Positions 58,962 through 64,000 of a stretch of 64,000 nt of DNA are shown in pieces; within the stretch, counting starts at the first letter, position 1; each line of letters begins with the position of its first letter. Under the pieces are notes generated by a model. That model saw only the letters and a program-made list of their open reading frames with translations, was not told where the DNA came from and did no database searches. The stretch comes from an uncultured Planctomycetia bacterium (lineage in GTDB: Bacteria > Omnitrophota > Gorgyraeia > VGKH01 > JBHPFN01): the NCBI GenBank assembly GCA_964406665.1, contig CAYOSQ010000005.1:21929-85928 (forward strand). Reading direction: 5' to 3'. The translations under genes and the position numbers were made by a program.

Positions 58962-59907
58962 GCCGGTCATCTGCATTACAATGGGAGATCCTTCCGGCAT
59001 TGGGCCGGAAGTAACCGCAAAAGCACTGCTTAATTCTAAGATATCCCGCCTTGCCAATTTTGTTGTTGTGGGCGATTCGTTTGTTTTATCAAAGTATTTT
59101 CCTAAAAAGAAATCATTTCCATCAGTTGTTGTGGCTGATGCAGATAATGTAAACCGAAAAAAATTCAGACTTGGTGTTACGGATGCTTGTTATGGAAGGG
59201 CAGCAATCGAGTATATCGATATTGCACTTACTATGCTTAAAGAAGGTTATGTTGATGCATTGGTAACTGCTCCTGTAAGCAAAGAATCAATAAAACTATC
59301 AGGGCTTAAATCATTTCAAGGTCATACAGAATATTTGGCACAGAAGACAAAGACAAAAAAGATCATGATGATGTTGCTTGCTGATAATTTTAGAGTTTCA
59401 CTTGTTACTAGACATATCCCGATAAACAAAATAAGTGAGGCAATTACAAAAAAGAAAGTTTATGAAACGCTGATCCAAACTTACCTTTGTCTTAAAAGTT
59501 ATTTTAAAATAGAAAATCCAAAAATTGGTGTTTGCGGATTGAATCCTCATGCCGGGGAAGGTGGCCTCTTAGGTTGTGAAGAGCAGCAAGTTGTTATTCC
59601 AGCGATAAAACGTGCCAGAAGCAAATGTAGTAATATTTCAGACCCATTGCCAGCAGATACAATGTTTGTAAGTAGCCGTAGAGCTCAGCTTGATGCAATA
59701 GTTGCCATGTATCATGACCAAGGTCTTATTCCTTTAAAGACAATAGGTTTTAGTAATTCGGTGAATCTTTCTTTTGGGCTACCTTTTATAAGAACTTCTC
59801 CTGCACATGGTACTGGGTTTAACATTGCAGGAAAAGGTGCAGCTGAGCCTACTTCGATGATTGAAGCAATTAAGTTAGCCTGCAAGCTTTATAAGAATTC
59901 TAGATGA
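58939..59907 (+). CDS. pdxA: 4-hydroxythreonine-4-phosphate dehydrogenase
   Basis: 'PVICITMGDPSGIGPEV' N-terminus (starts at the internal Met of ORF 58885), 'GHTEYLA', 'HDQGLIP'. Classic surA-pdxA-ksgA order. Confidence 0.85.
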   Translation: MLTSSSNKPVICITMGDPSGIGPEVTAKALLNSKISRLANFVVVGDSFVLSKYFPKKKSFPSVVVADADNVNRKKFRLGVTDACYGRAAIEYIDIALTMLKEGYVDALVTAPVSKESIKLSGLKSFQGHTEYLAQKTKTKKIMMMLLADNFRVSLVTRHIPINKISEAITKKKVYETLIQTYLCLKSYFKIENPKIGVCGLNPHAGEGGLLGCEEQQVVIPAIKRARSKCSNISDPLPADTMFVSSRRAQLDAIVAMYHDQGLIPLKTIGFSNSVNLSFGLPFIRTSPAHGTGFNIAGKGAAEPTSMIEAIKLACKLYKNSR

Positions 59908-60725
59908 TAATGAAGTCTTTTCTTCCTGCAAAAAAATCCTTAGGCCAGAATTTTTTAACTGATGATAATATACGTAGAAAAATTATCTCTTCCTGTAATA
60001 TCTTAGACAGCGAAACCGTTTTAGAAATTGGACCTGGTAAAGGTGCGCTTACACAAGAACTTGTAATAAATGCCAAAAGTGTTATTGCAGTTGAAAAAGA
60101 CACGCGTTTTTTTGAGTTTCTTTCTGAAGTATTCAAAGGTTATCGTAATCTTACTTTGATTAATCAGGATATTCTGAAATTTACTATCTTAGAGAAAAAT
60201 ACCAAGGTTATCGGCAACATTCCTTACAATATCACCTCGCCATTAATTGAGCATTTATTCTCTCAGAAGAAAATGATTAGTGTAATTTATTTGTGTCTGC
60301 AGAAAGAGCTAGCTCAGCGCATGGTAGCGGAGGTAGGTTGCAAGGCATACGGTTCATTTAGTTTATTCGTGCAGTATTATTCTGTGCCACGCATACTATT
60401 TCCTATTAAAAGTACATGTTTTCGACCTAAACCAAGAGTGGATTCTTGTTTTATGGAGTTGCAGGTTCATAGGAAACCTCTGGTTGAAGTTAAGGATGAG
60501 AAATTAATGTTTGAAATAATAAGAGCTTGTTTCAATCAAAGAAGAAAGATGATTTCTAATTCCTTGAGGTCTTTTTTTGCTGAAGAAGTTTTAAGTGGTA
60601 TATTTGCAAATACAAAGATAAAATCTTGCATGCGTCCTGAGCAATTAAAACTTGGGGATTTTGCAAAACTAGCCAATTTCATTGCTTCAAGTACAAAAAA
60701 TAATCATAAATCTATTGTCTACTGA
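59904..60725 (+). CDS. rsmA: 16S rRNA (adenine1518/1519-N6)-dimethyltransferase RsmA/KsgA
   Basis: 'KKSLGQNFLTDDN', 'EIGPGKGALT', 'VIGNIPYNITSP'. Confidence 0.9.
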   Translation: MIMKSFLPAKKSLGQNFLTDDNIRRKIISSCNILDSETVLEIGPGKGALTQELVINAKSVIAVEKDTRFFEFLSEVFKGYRNLTLINQDILKFTILEKNTKVIGNIPYNITSPLIEHLFSQKKMISVIYLCLQKELAQRMVAEVGCKAYGSFSLFVQYYSVPRILFPIKSTCFRPKPRVDSCFMELQVHRKPLVEVKDEKLMFEIIRACFNQRRKMISNSLRSFFAEEVLSGIFANTKIKSCMRPEQLKLGDFAKLANFIASSTKNNHKSIVY

Positions 60726-60742
60726 TAAAAAATAAAGGAGTC

Positions 60743-61222
60743 GTGATGGCAGCGAAAGTGTTAACAAAGAAAATTGTAAAGTTTTTGAAAACTAATGAAT
60801 TCCTGAATATTGCTACTTGTAGTTCTGATATGCAACCTAATGTTGCACCTAAAATTTTATTGAAGATAGATGGTGACTGTGTCTATTTGGGAGATTATAA
60901 TATTGATAGGACATGGATGAATATCCGTTCTAATCATAGGGTTTCACTTTCTTGCATTGATATGGATACATTAGTGGGTTATCAGTTAAACGGTGTGGCA
61001 GAGTCTATAGATGAAGGTTTGCAGCAGGATAAACTTTCTAAATTATTCAATAAAAAGAAGCTGGATTTTTCTACTAATCGAATAATCGAAGGTGTGCGCT
61101 GCGGCAAGGAGCACAGAAGTTCTGAAATGGTGTTTCCTGACCGAGTGATTGTATATAAAATTAGATTAGAAGAAGTTATTGAAATACAGCCGGAAGGAAC
61201 ATTAGAAAGAAAGAAGTTATGA
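60743..61222 (+). CDS. Pyridoxamine 5'-phosphate oxidase-like FMN-binding split-barrel protein, hypothetical
   Basis: 159 aa, RBS 'aaggag'. PNPOx-like pattern ('EFLNIATCSSDMQPNVAPK'). Confidence 0.45.
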   Translation: MMAAKVLTKKIVKFLKTNEFLNIATCSSDMQPNVAPKILLKIDGDCVYLGDYNIDRTWMNIRSNHRVSLSCIDMDTLVGYQLNGVAESIDEGLQQDKLSKLFNKKKLDFSTNRIIEGVRCGKEHRSSEMVFPDRVIVYKIRLEEVIEIQPEGTLERKKL

Positions 61223-61605
61223 AGATAAAGAAGCTGATGATTATTTTGCTATGTTGGATATCGGTGAGTAATACAGGATTATGTTTTGCAGATGGAGAAG
61301 ATTCTGACAAAGCTGTTTTTTTAAATCAAAAAGGCATTAGCGCAAAATCTACTTCGGGAAAAAGTATGAATGCTATGCCGGATGTTTGCCAATCGCCAGC
61401 TGTTGATTCTGTATCGATTCCGTATGCGAATACTGCAAGTGCTTCTGAATCAGCAAAGGGGAGCAAGAAGGTTAAGGTAGAAGATTCTCAGCCTTTGATA
61501 AAAGACGAATCATTCCAGCCAAGTTTGTTTGAGGAAGAAGGCGCAGCGAATGATGATCTTGAATATGAAACATTGAAAAAGGTTGAGGAAATCAGGAAAA
61601 AATGA
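61219..61605 (+). CDS. Small secreted/lipoprotein-like hypothetical protein
   Basis: Signal peptide with a lipobox-like 'NTGLC'. Acidic C-terminus. Confidence 0.4.
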   Translation: MKIKKLMIILLCWISVSNTGLCFADGEDSDKAVFLNQKGISAKSTSGKSMNAMPDVCQSPAVDSVSIPYANTASASESAKGSKKVKVEDSQPLIKDESFQPSLFEEEGAANDDLEYETLKKVEEIRKK

Positions 61606-61824
61606 TCAAAAAGAACTATTACTAAATTTTTAGAACGCGTATATTGTAACTATTGTGTAGTTTGAGTAAAAACGAAGGAGTTTTTCAGGCCGAATAAATT
61701 CGGCCTTGTTCATTTTAAGACAATGTTTAGAATAGTTTTTTTTCAAATAATCATTGGATAAAACAAATTTTTGAAGTAAAATATATAATTGTAATCTATT
61801 GAAAATAAACACAATCCGGGAAAA

Positions 61825-62109
61825 ATGCTTACCAATAAAGATATTCGATATGTAGCGCAATTAGCGCGGATAAACCTTGATCAAGAAGAGCTTAAGTTCT
61901 TCACTAAGCAGCTTGAAGATATCCTAGAGTATATTCAAAAGCTTGACAAGTTGGATGTAACCAAGGTTGAGCCTACCGCCCATGTATTACCAATAAAGAA
62001 TGTTTTACGAGGTGATAACCTAAAGAAATCATTACCTGTAAAAGAAGTTTTGCAAAATGCACCTTCAAAGGATGATAAATTTTTTAAGGTCCCAAAGGTA
62101 ATAGAATGA
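61825..62109 (+). CDS. gatC: Glu/Asp-tRNA amidotransferase subunit C
   Basis: 'MLTNKDIRYVAQLARINLDQEELKFFTKQLEDILEYIQKL'. Confidence 0.85.
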   Translation: MLTNKDIRYVAQLARINLDQEELKFFTKQLEDILEYIQKLDKLDVTKVEPTAHVLPIKNVLRGDNLKKSLPVKEVLQNAPSKDDKFFKVPKVIE

Positions 62110-63539
62110 ATCTGCATGAATTAGCCGCACACGAGCTACAAAAAAAAATAAACAGCAAAGAAATAGAAAGTTGCGTATTCATTGATTCTTTGTTAAAGCG
62201 CATATCTTCAGTAGATAAGAAGATAAAATCTTTCGCACGCGTATTTGATAAACCTATTTTTGAATCTAAAAATGGAAAGTCAATGAGCGGTATCCCGATT
62301 GCAATTAAAGATAATATCTGCATAAAAGATGAATTAACCACTTGCTGCTCAAAGATTTTAGATGGTTTTCGCCCACCCTACAATGCAACTGTTGTTGATC
62401 GCTTAAAGGATGTTGGTGTAGCATTAATTGGAAACACAAATATGGATGAATTTGCTTTTGGTTCATCGACGGAAAACTCTTGTTACGGGCCCACCCGTAA
62501 CCCTTGGGATACTGAAAGAGTTGTGGGTGGTTCTAGTGGTGGTTCTGCAGCAGCGGTGGCAGCGCGCCTCGTTCCTTGGGCATTAGGGTCGGATACTGGT
62601 GGTTCTATCAGGCAACCTGCAGCGCTTTGTGGTGTAGTAGGGTTAAAGCCAACCTATGGATGTGTTTCACGTTTTGGTCTGATTGCATTCGCTTCAAGCT
62701 TGGATCAGATAGGTCCAATTACTAGAGATGTTGAAGATTCAGCTCTTTTGATGAATATAATTGCTGGTCACGATGCTAACGATACAACTTCAGTTGAGGC
62801 AGAAAAACAAGATTATACAAAGTCGCTTAAAAAAGATATTAAGGGATTAAGAATTGGAATCCCCAAGGAATATTTTACTGAAGGTATTAATCTTGAGGTT
62901 AAGACTGCAGTTCAGGAGGCTATTGAACTTCTCAAAAAGCAAGGCGCGAAGGTTGAGGAGATTTCTCTCCCGCATACCGAATATGCTGTACCTACTTATT
63001 ATATTGTTGCAACAGCAGAGGCAAGTTCCAATCTAGCACGTTTTGACGGTGTACAGTATGGCTTGCGCTCAACGCTGGATAAGGAAAATGCAATGATTGA
63101 AATGTATAAGGAAACGCGTAAACAGGGTTTTGGAAAAGAGGCCAAGCGAAGGATAATCTTAGGCACATATGCGCTTTCTTCCGGATATTATGATGCTTAT
63201 TACCTTCGAGCACTTAAGGTACGTACGCTTATCAAGAAAGATTTCGATGAGGCATTCAAGAGTGTAGATTGTATTGTAACGCCAACTTCGCCTACGCCGG
63301 CATTTAAAATTGGTGAGAAATCAGATAATCCGCTTTCTATGTATTTATCAGATATTTACACAATTTCGGCAAATTTAGCAGGTATACCAGCGATTTCAAT
63401 TCCTTGTGGTTTTACAAAAGGAAACTTGCCTATTGGTCTACAGATTTTAGCAAAACCATTTGCTGAAAGTACATTGTTTAATGTTGCCTATACTTATGAG
63501 CAGAGTACCGACTGGCACAAAAAGAGTCCAAAGTTATGA
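62106..63539 (+). CDS. gatA: Glu/Asp-tRNA amidotransferase subunit A
   Basis: Amidase signature '[12 protein letters not shown]', '[12 protein letters not shown]'. Confidence 0.9.
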   Translation: MNLHELAAHELQKKINSKEIESCVFIDSLLKRISSVDKKIKSFARVFDKPIFESKNGKSMSGIPIAIKDNICIKDELTTCCSKILDGFRPPYNATVVDRLKDVGVALIGNTNMDEFAFGSSTENSCYGPTRNPWDTERVVGGSSGGSAAAVAARLVPWALGSDTGGSIRQPAALCGVVGLKPTYGCVSRFGLIAFASSLDQIGPITRDVEDSALLMNIIAGHDANDTTSVEAEKQDYTKSLKKDIKGLRIGIPKEYFTEGINLEVKTAVQEAIELLKKQGAKVEEISLPHTEYAVPTYYIVATAEASSNLARFDGVQYGLRSTLDKENAMIEMYKETRKQGFGKEAKRRIILGTYALSSGYYDAYYLRALKVRTLIKKDFDEAFKSVDCIVTPTSPTPAFKIGEKSDNPLSMYLSDIYTISANLAGIPAISIPCGFTKGNLPIGLQILAKPFAESTLFNVAYTYEQSTDWHKKSPKL

Positions 63540-64000
63540 GTGAGCATGAAATAGTTATTGGATTAGAAGTTCACGTTCACCTGAAGACAAAAACAAAAGC
63601 TTTTTGTGGGTGTTCGACTGAATTCGGCAATGAGCCTAATTCTCAGACTTGTCCTGTTTGCTTAGGAATGCCGGGATCTTTGCCAGTATTAAATAAACAA
63701 TTTTTAGAGTTGGGAATACGTACAGCACTTGCACTGGGTTGTGAAATAGCTGAGTTTACAAAGTTTGATAGAAAGAATTATTATTATCCTGATTTGCCTA
63801 AGAACTATCAGATTTCTCAGTATGATTTGCCTATGTCGCACCGTGGTTTTATTATGATAGAGATTGAGGGAAAGCAGAAAAAGATTGGCATTACCCGTGT
63901 GCATATGGAAGAAGATGCGGGTAAACTTATCCATGATGAAAAAAAGCCTGTTAGTTATGTTGATTATAATCGAACCGGAATGCCGCTTTTAGAAATTGTT
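63536..64000 (+). CDS. gatB: Glu/Asp-tRNA amidotransferase subunit B (3'-partial, runs off the window)
   Basis: '[26 protein letters not shown]' N-terminus. ATGA overlap with gatA. Confidence 0.9.
   Translation, partial: MSEHEIVIGLEVHVHLKTKTKAFCGCSTEFGNEPNSQTCPVCLGMPGSLPVLNKQFLELGIRTALALGCEIAEFTKFDRKNYYYPDLPKNYQISQYDLPMSHRGFIMIEIEGKQKKIGITRVHMEEDAGKLIHDEKKPVSYVDYNRTGMPLLEIV

Noticed and set aside
62854-63213. Small ORFs inside gatA on both strands
   Set aside because: Embedded in a gene with a clear amidase signature. The translations are low-complexity (RLR repeats).
1-64000. CRISPR arrays, IS elements, integrases, rRNA
   Set aside because: Scanned for short regularly spaced repeats, transposase/integrase-like ORFs and rRNA-like conserved stretches. 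None were found. The only long repeats are the two gene-internal duplications reported above.

Overview
AT-rich (roughly 35% GC) bacterial chromosomal segment. Nearly all genes are on the + strand; gpmA and a GAF-GGDEF cyclase are on the - strand. Most of the window is housekeeping. It contains an opp/dpp-type peptide ABC transporter fragment (oppCDF-like), acyl-CoA dehydrogenase, LemA with an M48 peptidase, gpmA, etfBA, SMC, and a Nif3-dnaG-rpoD block. It also contains an RsbW/RsbV-like partner-switch pair with a distant CHASE2-PP2C phosphatase, mlaEFD, rsmE, a MiaB-family enzyme, recA-htrA-recX, alaS, hisDBHAFI, a TrpE-like enzyme, rpsP, yajC-secDF, a short mfd, surA-pdxA-ksgA and gatCAB. 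Two accessory stretches stand out. (1) 9.26-15.2 kb: a c-di-GMP-I (GEMM) riboswitch sits directly upstream of a minor-pilin-like operon. The first pseudopilin carries two tandem C-terminal Hint (bacterial intein-like) domains. It is followed by a second prepilin and two large PilX_N-type paralogs. The paralogs are cysteine-rich with nine conserved CX3C motifs and share a 196-bp near-identical 5' end; one copy is frameshifted. (2) 34.9-39.6 kb: two tandem NapH-like membrane polyferredoxin genes with 547-bp perfectly identical 3' halves. They are followed by tRNA-Ala(CGC) and an AmmeMemoRadiSam system. In that system both the radical SAM enzyme and a fused Memo-AMMECR1 protein carry unexpected N-terminal hydrophobic signal/anchor segments. 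No CRISPR arrays, transposases or rRNA genes were seen. All calls rest on reading the sequence and translated ORFs by eye; no database search was run.
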